A DNA stretch of 64,000 bases from positions 51,388-115,387 of the forward strand of contig CAYIUF010000001.1 of the NCBI GenBank assembly GCA_964366515.1. The letters are read 5' to 3'. This document shows, piece after piece, positions 17,220-27,158 of the stretch (position 1 is its first letter; each line of letters starts with the position of its first letter). The position numbers and the translations under genes were made by a program. Below the pieces are notes generated by a model. The model worked only from the letters and a program-made list of their open reading frames with translations, did not search any database and was not told where the DNA came from. This stretch comes from an uncultured Gammaproteobacteria bacterium (GTDB lineage Bacteria; Patescibacteriota; Microgenomatia; UBA8517; UBA10165).

Positions 17220-18800
17220 ATGTATTGGGCCGATAAAATCGCAAAAGAAATAATCGCCAAAAACATAATAGATTCTGGAAAATTCAAGCCATATCTTGTG
17301 GACGATATGTTCACTCCGTCAGGCTTTCCTCATGTTGGCTCACTCCGCGGCCCTTTAGTCCATGATGCAATATACCGTGCCCTTAAAGATGCAGGAGTAG
17401 ATGTCCGTTTCACATATGTCTTCAACGACTTTGATCCAATTGACGGATTGCCAGAATTCCTCCAAGAAAAATTTTCAGAATATCTTGGGTTTCCGTTAAG
17501 AGAAGCACCTTCCCCAGAAGAAGGGTTTAATAGTTTCGCAGAATACTTTACAGAAGACTTAAAAAAAGTTCTTGGAAACCTTGGTGTCAAAGCAGAATTT
17601 TTATCCTCCTATGATATGTACAAAGAAGGAAAGTTTGATGAACAAATAAGAACAGCCCTTGATAATTCCCGAGTGATTCAAGATATTTATCTGGAAGTTT
17701 CAGGGAGCAAAAAGAAAGAAACAGGATGGCTTCCACTTCAGGTAGTTTGCGAAAACTGCGGCAAACTCGGAACAACAAAAGTCATAGAGTGGGACGGAAA
17801 AAAAGTGAAGTACACATGCGAACCCGAATTAGTTAAGTGGGCAAAAGGATGTGGACACAGTGGCGAGATTTCTCCGTTCGGTGGAAACGCAAAACTTCCA
17901 TGGAAAGTCGACTGGCCAGCACATTGGCAAGTTTTGGAAGTAACAATAGAAGGTGCCGGAAAAGACCATTCAGTCCCGGGAAGTTCTCGCGACGTTGCGC
18001 GTGCTTTGTGCGAAAAAGTTTTTCATTATCCTGAACCCTACAATCTTCCCTACGAATTTTTCTTACTGCGCGGTGGGAAAATGTCCTCATCAAAAGGCTT
18101 GGGCCTGAAGGCGCGTGAACTAACTAGTTTGCTTCCACCTTCCGTAGGTCGATTCCTATTCACAAGAACTGACTACCGCCAAACTGTAGAATTTGAACCA
18201 TTTGGTACTCTTGCTATCCCAGATCTTTTTGATGAATACGATGAATGTTGGCAGAAATACATAAATGGCGGAAACGAAAACTTAATTCGTGCTTTCGAGA
18301 TAGCGCAAGCCGGTGAACTACCAGAGAAAAAAGAAACCTTTCTTCCAAGATTTCGAGATGTTGTGAACTATCTCCAAATGCCGAATGTAAATCTGTCTGA
18401 AAAACTTGAGGAGGTAAAAGGTGCCCCTCTCACACAAGAAGAACAAGATATCCTAAAGGAACGAGAAGAGTATGCAAGAGTTTGGATGGGCAGCTATGCT
18501 CCCGAAGAATTTAGACTCCAAATGTCTGACAAGTTACCCCCTGAGGCAAGTGATTTAACGCAGGAACAAAAAGAGTTCTTGGAAAAATCTGTAAATTTGG
18601 TGGAAAGCATCGAATCTGCGGAAGAGCTCCAGGGAGCACTCTATAATCTTTCAAAAGAGTTAAGCATAAACACAAAAGACGCCTTTGCCGCAATCTACCT
18701 AAGTTTTATTGGAAAAACCCATGGCCCAAGGGCCGCTTGGTTTTTATTGCAATATCCTAAAGAGCAAGTGATTGAGAGATTAAAGGAGGCTTCAAAATGA
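17220..18800 (+). CDS. lysS: Lysine--tRNA ligase, class I
   Basis: TPSGFPHVG, KLPWKVDWPAHW, GKDH, KMSSSKG. Confidence 0.93.
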   Translation: MYWADKIAKEIIAKNIIDSGKFKPYLVDDMFTPSGFPHVGSLRGPLVHDAIYRALKDAGVDVRFTYVFNDFDPIDGLPEFLQEKFSEYLGFPLREAPSPEEGFNSFAEYFTEDLKKVLGNLGVKAEFLSSYDMYKEGKFDEQIRTALDNSRVIQDIYLEVSGSKKKETGWLPLQVVCENCGKLGTTKVIEWDGKKVKYTCEPELVKWAKGCGHSGEISPFGGNAKLPWKVDWPAHWQVLEVTIEGAGKDHSVPGSSRDVARALCEKVFHYPEPYNLPYEFFLLRGGKMSSSKGLGLKARELTSLLPPSVGRFLFTRTDYRQTVEFEPFGTLAIPDLFDEYDECWQKYINGGNENLIRAFEIAQAGELPEKKETFLPRFRDVVNYLQMPNVNLSEKLEEVKGAPLTQEEQDILKEREEYARVWMGSYAPEEFRLQMSDKLPPEASDLTQEQKEFLEKSVNLVESIESAEELQGALYNLSKELSINTKDAFAAIYLSFIGKTHGPRAAWFLLQYPKEQVIERLKEASK

Positions 18801-19360
18801 CAAAACAACAAGCTCTTGAACTACTCCATGAAAAACTGCAGTCCCCAAACTTAAGAAAACATTGCTACGCCGTCGGAGCCGTTATGAAAGCTTTAGCAAT
18901 GAGGCTTGATGGCGACCCGGAAAAATGGGAAGTGGTTGGGCTACTACATGACGGGGATTATGAAATGACAAAGTCAGATCCCAACAAACATACCTTGCTA
19001 ATGCATGAGTGGCTTAAAGAAAAAGGAGAAACAGACGAAGAACTTCTTGCCGCAATTCTCTCACACAACTATGTCCACACCGGCCAAAATCCACCGGCAA
19101 ATAAAATGGAATGGGCACTTTATTGTTGCGATGAGCTAACTGGCTTTATAATAGCAGTAACACTTGTTCGCCCGGAGAAACGGCTTTCATCTGTAACTTT
19201 GGAAAACGTTTTGAAAAAATGGGGAGAGAAAGATTTTGCAGCGGCTGTAAAACGAGAGCAAATTGAGGAATGTGATGCACGGCTCGGAATTCCTAAAAAC
19301 GAATTTATAGAGATAGCGCTCGGAGCCATGCAATCAATAAGTGAGGAGTTAGGATTGTAA
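18797..19360 (+). CDS. HD-domain phosphohydrolase
   Basis: LRKHC...GLLHDGDY...SHN...CDELTG. Confidence 0.85.
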   Translation: MTKQQALELLHEKLQSPNLRKHCYAVGAVMKALAMRLDGDPEKWEVVGLLHDGDYEMTKSDPNKHTLLMHEWLKEKGETDEELLAAILSHNYVHTGQNPPANKMEWALYCCDELTGFIIAVTLVRPEKRLSSVTLENVLKKWGEKDFAAAVKREQIEECDARLGIPKNEFIEIALGAMQSISEELGL

Positions 19361-19379
19361 GTAGCGCACTTCAGTGCGC
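19361..19379 (+). repeat. GTAG-type REP-like hairpin
   Basis: GTA-GCGCACT-TC-AGTGCGC. Confidence 0.35.
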
Positions 19380-19401
19380 GCAATGAATTACGCTAGTACA
19401 C

Positions 19402-20634
19402 ATGATAAACATAAACTTAATCAGAGAAGACATAGAAAAAGTAAAAACTGGCGTTGCTAAAAAAGGATACGATGCCGGAAACATCGACCGCGTCTTTGAG
19501 TTAGATGAGAAGCGCCTCGCCTTACTAAAACAAGTAGAAGAACTTCGCCATGAACGAAATGTTGTTTCAAAAAAGCAAAACGTAGAACGAGGCCGCGCAA
19601 TCAAGGATGAGCTAAAAGAACTCGAACCCCAACTTGAAAGTGCAGAATCTGAAGTGAACACACTTCTAAACGAAATCCCCAATTTGCCTCAAGAAAGTGT
19701 CCCAGAAGGAGATGGAGAAAAAGACAACAAAGTCTTAAACGAATGGGGAAATATAAAAGAGTTTGGGTTTACACCGTTGGATCATGTGGAGTTAGGAAAA
19801 AGGCTAAATATTCTTGATTTTGAGACAGGAAGCAAGGTTTCCGGATCTGACTTTTATTATCTGAAAAATGACGGGGTCCTATTAGAACTAGCTCTTGCTC
19901 AATACGGAATAAAGTTTTTAACAGACCGCGGATTTACCCCTTTTCTTACCCCAGACCTTGCTCGTGAGCGTTTTTACTTAGGGACAGGATATTCTCCAAA
20001 AGGCGATGAAGCCCAAACATACAAAGTTGAAGGAACGGACCTTGGACTTATCGCAACAGCAGAAGTGACTCTAGCTGGCTACCATGCAGACGAAGTTTTA
20101 GGAGAAAAAGATCTCCCAAAAATGTACGCTGGCTACTCACATTGTTTCCGCATGGAATCTGGAGCATATGGGAAATATTCAAAGGGGCTTTACAGGGTTC
20201 ATCAATTCTCAAAAGTAGAAATGTTTGTTTACGCTTTGCCTAAAGAGTCTGAAAAAATCCATGAAGAGCTATTAAAAATTGAAGAAGAGTTTTGGCAGTC
20301 TCTAGAAATTCCTTATCGCGTTGTTGAAATGTGTACTGGAGATCTTGGGGCACAAGCTAGCCGAAAAATTGACCTTGAAGCCTGGATGCCAGGGCGGGGA
20401 GATTACGGAGAAGTAACTTCTACATCCAACACAACAGACTACCAAGCAAGAAACTTGAATATCAGATTCCGCCGCGGATCCGAGAGTGACTACGTGCACA
20501 CTCTCAACGGCACTCTAATAGCATCATCTCGAGGGATAATATCCATTCTTGAAAACAACCAACAAGAAGATGGATCAGTAATAATCCCTGAAGTCCTCCG
20601 CCCCCACATGGGCAAAGATAAGATCATAAAATGA
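19402..20634 (+). CDS. serS: Serine--tRNA ligase
   Basis: LIATAEV, CFRMESG, GLYRVHQFSKVE, HTLNGT. Confidence 0.96.
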   Translation: MININLIREDIEKVKTGVAKKGYDAGNIDRVFELDEKRLALLKQVEELRHERNVVSKKQNVERGRAIKDELKELEPQLESAESEVNTLLNEIPNLPQESVPEGDGEKDNKVLNEWGNIKEFGFTPLDHVELGKRLNILDFETGSKVSGSDFYYLKNDGVLLELALAQYGIKFLTDRGFTPFLTPDLARERFYLGTGYSPKGDEAQTYKVEGTDLGLIATAEVTLAGYHADEVLGEKDLPKMYAGYSHCFRMESGAYGKYSKGLYRVHQFSKVEMFVYALPKESEKIHEELLKIEEEFWQSLEIPYRVVEMCTGDLGAQASRKIDLEAWMPGRGDYGEVTSTSNTTDYQARNLNIRFRRGSESDYVHTLNGTLIASSRGIISILENNQQEDGSVIIPEVLRPHMGKDKIIK

Positions 20635-21425
20635 CGCGAGAGGAAAAATTTCAACAGCTTCTTGGAATCCACGAGAAATGGGGAAACAAACTTATCTTTA
20701 GCGAGATTATCGAAAGCGACCAGGCAAAAATATATCTAAGCGAAGAAGACCCAAGCTGTTACTACAACTACGCGACCCCCAAAACCGAGCCAGAAGAATT
20801 CAATTGGAATGAGTTTGATAAAGTCTTTTCTGAAAAAGGCAAAAACCCAGCACTCTACTTATCAGAAGAAAACCAGGCCAACGGATTTCTTGAAAGCGCA
20901 GTAAGACATAACTTCAAGATTGCTGCAGCCGACACTTGGTTATTGCTGGACACAGACTACTACAAGACAGCCGCCTCAGAAGTGGACGTTACCAATGTTA
21001 CACAAGAATCATTTGATGACTATAAAAACATTATGAACGAGGTCTTTGCAGACTATCCCGGAAACGAGGGTTACCTGGAAATGTGTAGGAAAGTCCAGAG
21101 TGGCGAAGCAAGAAGTGGAGTTTCCGATTTTGTTGCCGAATTTTATTTAATCAATGACGGGGCAATTCCAGTATCGGGGGCCGGTATGTTTTATTCAAAA
21201 AGAGGAGGTTTTGCTTATCTTCACAATACTGGAACACTTAAAGCCTTTCGCGGCAGGGGGTACCAGACCTCGCTTGTAAGGCACAGGATAGACAAGGCCC
21301 TATCGCTTGGAGTAACTAACATCTATTCGCTGGTTGAACATGGTGAACAGTCGTGGAGAAACTTAATAAAGGTGGGTTTCAAAGAAGCCCAAGTCGTCGA
21401 TCTAATGTCTAAGGCAGCTTCTTAG
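20631..21425 (+). CDS. GNAT-family acetyltransferase
   Basis: AcCoA-binding FRGRGYQ motif and S.RNL.K.GF. Confidence 0.8.
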   Translation: MTREEKFQQLLGIHEKWGNKLIFSEIIESDQAKIYLSEEDPSCYYNYATPKTEPEEFNWNEFDKVFSEKGKNPALYLSEENQANGFLESAVRHNFKIAAADTWLLLDTDYYKTAASEVDVTNVTQESFDDYKNIMNEVFADYPGNEGYLEMCRKVQSGEARSGVSDFVAEFYLINDGAIPVSGAGMFYSKRGGFAYLHNTGTLKAFRGRGYQTSLVRHRIDKALSLGVTNIYSLVEHGEQSWRNLIKVGFKEAQVVDLMSKAAS

Positions 21426-22605
21426 AAGATATATATCTTTTGTTTTTCAACTTTTCCGGCAAGTAATCCACACCTGCTTTTTTCTCTCCGGCTTCTGAGT
21501 GGTGGTAGTCATATCCCTTCCCATACCCAATCTCTTTCATTAACTTTGTCGGTGCATTTCTTATATGCATTGGAACAGGTAAATTCCCGTACTTTCCCAC
21601 GTCTTCCCTTGCTTCTGCATACCCTGTATAAAGCGCGTTGGATTTAGGAGCTTTGGCCAAATACACAACTGCTTCTGCCAAGACAACATTACATTCTGGC
21701 ATTCCAATTTTGTCACAGGCTTCAAATGCTGCGTTTGTTACTAATAGTGCTCTCGGATCTGCCATCCCGATATCTTCTGCTGCGGCGCGAATAAGCCTTC
21801 TTGCAATGTACAAAGGATCTTGTCCTGCCTCCAACATTCTCGCAAGCCAATAAAGAGCTGCATCTGGATCCGACCCACGAATACTCTTGTGCAGAGCAGA
21901 AATAACGTTGTAGTATTCCTCTCCCCGAAGATCAAAATTGAGTTGTCTTCTTTGAAGCGCACTCTCCAAAGTGGAAAGTGAAATCTTCTTACTCCCAAGT
22001 TGCGCAGCAATCTCGAGAACATTCAGGAGTACCCGCGCATCTCCATTGGAAGATTCCACAAGAAATTGATGTGCATCTTCGTCGAGCTTCACACCAAGGT
22101 GTTTTACTGCCCGTGTTAAAATCTCCTCTAGCTCCCCTGTGGAATGCTGATTCAATACAAGTACACGGGTTCTTGATAAAAGAGGACCAATAACTTCAAA
22201 CGAGGGATTCTCAGTCGTCGCCCCAATAAAAATCAAATCTCCGCGCTCAACATGTGGAAGCAGTTTGTCTTGCTGGGCTTTATTGAATCTGTGGATCTCA
22301 TCAATAAAAACAACCGGAGTTAACAAAGCTTGGTTTTGAGGTATAACTGCTTGGATTTCTTTTGTTGAAGCATTGACAGCTGAAAACTCATGAAATGTTG
22401 ATCCAAGTTCCGTTGCAATAATCCTTGCCAAAGTTGTCTTCCCGGTTCCCGGAGCCCCCCAGAGGATCAAAGAAGGGAACCTGCCGCCATTTCCGGCATT
22501 GGCCAAAAGCTTTCTTAAAATTGAATCTTTGCCGACCAAATGCTCTTGCCCAACGAATTCATCTAAAGTGTTTGGGCGAAGAGTTTCCGCAAGCGGCTGT
22601 GACAT
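21409..22605 (-). CDS. rarA: Replication-associated recombination protein A (RarA/MgsA)
   Basis: GAPGTGKTT, DEIHRFNKAQQD, SALHKSIRGSD. Confidence 0.95.
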   Translation of the reverse strand: MSQPLAETLRPNTLDEFVGQEHLVGKDSILRKLLANAGNGGRFPSLILWGAPGTGKTTLARIIATELGSTFHEFSAVNASTKEIQAVIPQNQALLTPVVFIDEIHRFNKAQQDKLLPHVERGDLIFIGATTENPSFEVIGPLLSRTRVLVLNQHSTGELEEILTRAVKHLGVKLDEDAHQFLVESSNGDARVLLNVLEIAAQLGSKKISLSTLESALQRRQLNFDLRGEEYYNVISALHKSIRGSDPDAALYWLARMLEAGQDPLYIARRLIRAAAEDIGMADPRALLVTNAAFEACDKIGMPECNVVLAEAVVYLAKAPKSNALYTGYAEAREDVGKYGNLPVPMHIRNAPTKLMKEIGYGKGYDYHHSEAGEKKAGVDYLPEKLKNKRYISSKKLP

Positions 22606-22645
22606 AGTTAGATTCTACTCCCTAACAAAACCCAAAACAATATTC

Positions 22646-22685
22646 TTTTGATACTTGTGGTACCTTTGGTACTTTTGGTACCTTT
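22646..22685. repeat. 9-bp tandem repeat x4
   Basis: TTTTGATAC TTGTGGTAC CTTTGGTAC TTTTGGTAC. Confidence 0.7.
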
Positions 22686-22690
22686 CCCAT

Positions 22691-23317
22691 ATGTGGAAAC
22701 TTGCAGAAACCGTAGAAGAAAGAACCAGCCCCTATAACGGCAATATAAAAGTTATCAAAGGGCTGGAAGGAACGAGAATAATCGTTGGGGGTCTTTCCCA
22801 GTCTGGCTGGCTAGTTAAAAAAGTTTGGAAGGACGCCCTAAAAAAGATCAAAAAGCTAAAACCTGACGCAAAAGATATTTTGATTTTAGGTTTAGGCGGC
22901 GGTTCAATTGCCGAACTCTTACAAGAGTACTGGCCGACCTCTCGCAAAGTTGGTGTAGACATAGATACCGAGATGGTAGATCTCGGGCGAAAATACCTGG
23001 GGCTTGACTATGTTGAAAACCTCGAGGTAGTAATTGAGGAGGCAAACTCATGGATTAGAAAAAACAAACAAAAGTTCGACCTAATCTTAGTCGACCTTTA
23101 TCAAGGCGGTAGCATCCCAAAGGAATTCACCGAAGAGAAATTTATGTTGTCAGTTAAAAAAACTCTGAAGCCGGATTCTGTCGCCGCCTTCAACCATCTC
23201 TATTCTTATGTCGAGAAAAAAGATGCGGATGAATTCAGAAGTAAGTTGGGGAAAATTTTTCATGCAATGACGGTTGTTACCCCCGAAGCAAATATTATTT
23301 ACATTTGCCACCACTGA
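22691..23317 (+). CDS. Spermidine-synthase-like SAM-dependent methyltransferase
   Basis: ILILGLGGG, VDID, FDLILVDLY. Confidence 0.8.
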   Translation: MWKLAETVEERTSPYNGNIKVIKGLEGTRIIVGGLSQSGWLVKKVWKDALKKIKKLKPDAKDILILGLGGGSIAELLQEYWPTSRKVGVDIDTEMVDLGRKYLGLDYVENLEVVIEEANSWIRKNKQKFDLILVDLYQGGSIPKEFTEEKFMLSVKKTLKPDSVAAFNHLYSYVEKKDADEFRSKLGKIFHAMTVVTPEANIIYICHH

Positions 23318-23471
23318 TACGATCTGGATCAGAAGTGAACAAAAGTTGTCAAACCAGTCTCAAGAGTGCTAACGAAAATTCGGAATCTGACCGGCACGAT
23401 ATATCGAGCCAATCTTAGCCTCTTTGCCTCAGCCAAACATGGTATACTAATGGGCTTGTAATGGTGAGAAT

Positions 23472-26237
23472 ATGCTCAAAAATTTATTCAGCTTTTTAGA
23501 TTCCAACAAAAAAGAGACGGACAGACTAGGGAAAATTACTGAAAAAGTAAACAGTCTTGCCCCCGTCGCTCAAAAATTGAAGCTGCAAGAATTCTCAAAA
23601 AAAACTGAAGACTTCAAAAAGAAAATATCAAAAGGAGAATCTTTAGAATCAATCTTGCCCGAAGTTTTTGCAACGGGTAGGGAGGCAATTTGGAAAACTC
23701 TTGCAAAGCGTCCCTATGACGTTCAGATAATGGCAGGGATTGCGCTTTCCGAAGGAAAGATTGCAGAACAAAAAACTGGAGAGGGAAAAACTCTTTCAGC
23801 AATCTTGCCTTTGTATCTTCATTCATTAACCGGCAAGGGAGTCCATGCAGTTACAGTCAACGATTATCTCGCAAGACGCGATGCCGGATGGAATGGACCC
23901 GCATTCCATGCCCTTGGTTTAACAGTTGGAATAATTGTTCAAGAAGGAAAGTCATTTGTCTTTGATCCGGCGTTTCGCGATGACACACATGGCGACGAAC
24001 GCCTCGCCCATCTTCGCCCCGAGACCCGTAAAGTCGCTTATAAATCAGACGTTGTCTACGGGACAAACAACGAATTTGGTTTCGACTATCTAAGAGACAA
24101 CATGGTCTCTGATGTTTCAGAAATGGCCCAACGCGGCCACTATTTTGCAATCGTCGACGAGGTGGACTCAGTATTAATCGATGAAGCAAGAACACCCCTT
24201 ATTATCTCGGCTCCTGACATGGAACCAACGGACAAGTATTATAAATTCGCTCAATACATAGACCGCCTTGACCCAGAAAAAGATTATGTTATCGACGAAA
24301 AACTAAAAGCAGCAACCCTAACTGAGGCTGGAATCGGGACTGTTGAGAAAATATTGGGAGTTGAAAACCTTTACGAAAAAGATTTTGAGGTGATCCATCA
24401 CGTCGAAAACGCACTCCGCGCAAGAACGCTATTTTTGAAGGATAGGGACTATGTTGTAAAAGATGACGCCACAGGCGAGCCCGCAGTAACAATAGTTGAT
24501 GAATTCACAGGACGCCTAATGTTCGGAAGACGTTGGAGTGATGGGCTTCATCAAGCAATAGAAGCAAAAGAAGACGTCAAAATCCAACAAGAATCAAAAA
24601 CGCTAGCTACTATTTCTTTCCAGAATTATTTCAGAATGTATGAAAAACTTTCGGGAATGACAGGAACTGCAGCAACAGAAGCAGAAGAATTCCACAAAAT
24701 ATATGGACTAGACGTTGTCTCAATCCCAACATACAAACAAACAATTAGAGAAGACCAGCCGGACATTATTTACAAAACCGTAAAGGCAAAATATGAAGCA
24801 ATCGCCCAAGAAATCGACGACGTTAGAAAAACGGGAAGACCAGTTTTGGTTGGTACAACATCAATCGAAAAAAACGAATTGGTCTCACAACTTTTAACAA
24901 AAAAGAAAATTCCACACAACCTGCTTAATGCAAAAAACCATGAAAAAGAAGCGTCAATTATCGCAGAAGCTGGCAAACCAGGAGGGGTAACCGTTGCAAC
25001 AAACATGGCCGGCCGCGGAGTCGATATTATTTTAGGAGGTGCACTCCCGGAATTAGTAGGCGGGTCAGATCCGGAAAAATATAAAACTACAAAAGAGTAT
25101 AAGGAATGGGAAAAGCACCACAACCAAGTTTTAGAGTCCGGAGGACTTCATGTTATTGGAACGGAGCGCCATGAATCTCGAAGAATCGACAACCAGCTAA
25201 GAGGGAGAGCCGGCCGTCTTGGAGACCCTGGGGTTACCCGATTTTTTCTATCTTTAGAAGACGATTTAATGAGAATTTTCGGAGGAGAAAAAATAGCAAA
25301 TCTAATGACCTCCCTACAAATCCCGGAAGACCAGCCCATTGAAAATGGGTTGATATCCAGGGCAATTGAACAAGCTCAGGGAAAGGTTGAAGCGTTCCAT
25401 TTTGACAACAGAAAAAGAGTTGTTGAATACGACGACGTTGCAAATCAGCAACGAACAATTATTTACAAATTGAGAAAGCAAGTTTTAGAAAGCAAAAACC
25501 TAAAAAGTGAAATCCTTGAACGATTGGAAGGTCAGGTAGATGGTATGGTTTCTATTATTTTCGACTCAGGAAATGACCCGGATTTCGAACAGCTTTTGGT
25601 AATGTTTTTAGATATTGTTCCTTTCGAAGATTCGTCCCACAAAGATTTACTCGAGCAATTGAAAAAGGCGGGGGCAAGAGAAAGTGTTCGCGAGTTCTTA
25701 ATACATCTAGTAAAGACCTCATACGATACTCGCGAAAAGCAATTAGGCCAGGTAATGCGCCAAGCAGAAAAATATGCATACCTTTCATCAATTGATCAGC
25801 TTTGGATTGAACATCTAACAAATCTTGATGACCTAAGAGAAGGTGTGGGGCTTAGAGCCTACGGACAAAAAGAACCGATTACGGAATTCAAAAATGAAGC
25901 ATTTCAACTCTTTGATAAGTTGATGGTCGACGTTAATGCAAACCTTGCAAGAAGACTGTTCAGAACCGTTCCAGTTGGCGCGCCAACGATCAATGTGGAT
26001 CAAGCAACAACAAACGAAGATACAACAGACCAAGAGGGATTAATAGACAAAAGCGTTGCAAGCAACCTAACAGAAACCGCAGTAACCCGCGCCGCAAAGG
26101 CCATATCTGGCGGTGGGCAATCCAAACCTAAAGCCCAAATCGGCCGCAATGACCCTTGCTGGTGCGGGAAAGTTGACGCAAATGGCAAGCCTGTTAAATG
26201 GAAGAAATGCCACTATCCTCAACTACCCCGCAACTAA
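23472..26237 (+). CDS. secA: Preprotein translocase SecA
   Basis: KTGEGKT, DEVD, NMAGRG, QLRGRAGRLGD, C-terminal GRNDPCWCG. Confidence 0.97.
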   Translation: MLKNLFSFLDSNKKETDRLGKITEKVNSLAPVAQKLKLQEFSKKTEDFKKKISKGESLESILPEVFATGREAIWKTLAKRPYDVQIMAGIALSEGKIAEQKTGEGKTLSAILPLYLHSLTGKGVHAVTVNDYLARRDAGWNGPAFHALGLTVGIIVQEGKSFVFDPAFRDDTHGDERLAHLRPETRKVAYKSDVVYGTNNEFGFDYLRDNMVSDVSEMAQRGHYFAIVDEVDSVLIDEARTPLIISAPDMEPTDKYYKFAQYIDRLDPEKDYVIDEKLKAATLTEAGIGTVEKILGVENLYEKDFEVIHHVENALRARTLFLKDRDYVVKDDATGEPAVTIVDEFTGRLMFGRRWSDGLHQAIEAKEDVKIQQESKTLATISFQNYFRMYEKLSGMTGTAATEAEEFHKIYGLDVVSIPTYKQTIREDQPDIIYKTVKAKYEAIAQEIDDVRKTGRPVLVGTTSIEKNELVSQLLTKKKIPHNLLNAKNHEKEASIIAEAGKPGGVTVATNMAGRGVDIILGGALPELVGGSDPEKYKTTKEYKEWEKHHNQVLESGGLHVIGTERHESRRIDNQLRGRAGRLGDPGVTRFFLSLEDDLMRIFGGEKIANLMTSLQIPEDQPIENGLISRAIEQAQGKVEAFHFDNRKRVVEYDDVANQQRTIIYKLRKQVLESKNLKSEILERLEGQVDGMVSIIFDSGNDPDFEQLLVMFLDIVPFEDSSHKDLLEQLKKAGARESVREFLIHLVKTSYDTREKQLGQVMRQAEKYAYLSSIDQLWIEHLTNLDDLREGVGLRAYGQKEPITEFKNEAFQLFDKLMVDVNANLARRLFRTVPVGAPTINVDQATTNEDTTDQEGLIDKSVASNLTETAVTRAAKAISGGGQSKPKAQIGRNDPCWCGKVDANGKPVKWKKCHYPQLPRN

Positions 26238-26245
26238 ATATCAAT

Positions 26246-26304
26246 GCCCCGTGAGGATTTATCCTGAGTTTATCGAAGGAATCAAATCCAACATCGGGGC
26301 TTTT
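26246..26304. repeat. Palindromic element with nested insert (sister copy at 42089)
   Basis: GCCCCGTGAGGA[TTTATCCTGAGTTTATCGAAGGAATCAAA]TCCAACATCGGGGCTTTT. Confidence 0.65.
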
Positions 26305-26315
26305 CATTGGTGAAC

Positions 26316-26341
26316 ACTACACCCCTACATAGGAGTGTAGT
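26316..26341. repeat. Palindromic repeat, copy 2 (related to 8765)
   Basis: ACTACACCCCTACATAGGAGTGTAGT. Confidence 0.5.
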
Positions 26342-26384
26342 ACTAAAGATTGCAACTGCTTTTGTTTTTCGTTAACGTGTTCTC

Positions 26385-27116
26385 ATGGGAATTATCAAGC
26401 CTCCATGGATATCCGATGAATGGTTTAAGCAATGTCCATTCAACTATTGCGACCATTTCGGAGACAAAGAAAAGCTCTCACTTGTTTGCAGAATTTGCAG
26501 GGAGGAAGAAGCGCACATTCAAAGGTGCAAAGAACAAGGAATCGACCCTTATGACCCCCGTGTAGTACTAAAGGTCGTAGATCAAAACTTCAAGAAAGCA
26601 ATGAGGTTAATTGAAAATGATGCTAAGCGTCTAGGTATTGACCTAACGGACATGCCGGAAGAACCCGAAAGAAAAGAAAAAGACATAATGTCACTTAAGA
26701 TCTACAAATTGGCTGAAAAATATGGCAACCACGTTCATCAAATCATTAATTACATTGGGAAACACGCATTTTCTCTGAACGACGATATTATGGTGAAAAC
26801 TATTGATGCACTATCTCACTCTCGTTTTTATGTAAACGCAAAAATATACCGTGCCCTCTGTAGTGCTCAAGAAGAATTAGACGATCCAGATGATGACCTG
26901 TTTGACTCAAAGACATCAGCTTTTTTGGCCTATATCGCCGTCGAACGAAACGTCCGTGCAATTTTATTCTTAACAAGAAGCATGAAAGCAAGTCCATTAA
27001 AACGCAGATTGCTTGAATTTGCAGATATTAGTGTGGAGTTCGCAGAACTTATAAGGCACGGATTTTTTGCACTTGACGATTTGGTATACGAAGAATTCGG
27101 GGCAGAAGAGTATTAA
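26385..27116 (+). CDS. Hypothetical protein with N-terminal Cys/His cluster
   Basis: CPFNYCDH...CRIC followed by a helical region. Confidence 0.7.
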   Translation: MGIIKPPWISDEWFKQCPFNYCDHFGDKEKLSLVCRICREEEAHIQRCKEQGIDPYDPRVVLKVVDQNFKKAMRLIENDAKRLGIDLTDMPEEPERKEKDIMSLKIYKLAEKYGNHVHQIINYIGKHAFSLNDDIMVKTIDALSHSRFYVNAKIYRALCSAQEELDDPDDDLFDSKTSAFLAYIAVERNVRAILFLTRSMKASPLKRRLLEFADISVEFAELIRHGFFALDDLVYEEFGAEEY

Positions 27117-27158
27117 CTAGGGTTTGATATCAACCCCATCTTGCCTTAACCTGAAAGA

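Noticed and set aside
22655-22690. WYLWYFWY N-terminus of the methyltransferase
   Set aside because: Translation artefact of the 9-bp tandem repeat; ATG 22691 is the more plausible start.
23318-23471. CIRCE or ncRNA upstream of secA
   Set aside because: GAGTGCTAA at 23364-23372 is a perfect half-site but the partner half matches only 5/9, and no convincing stems were found.
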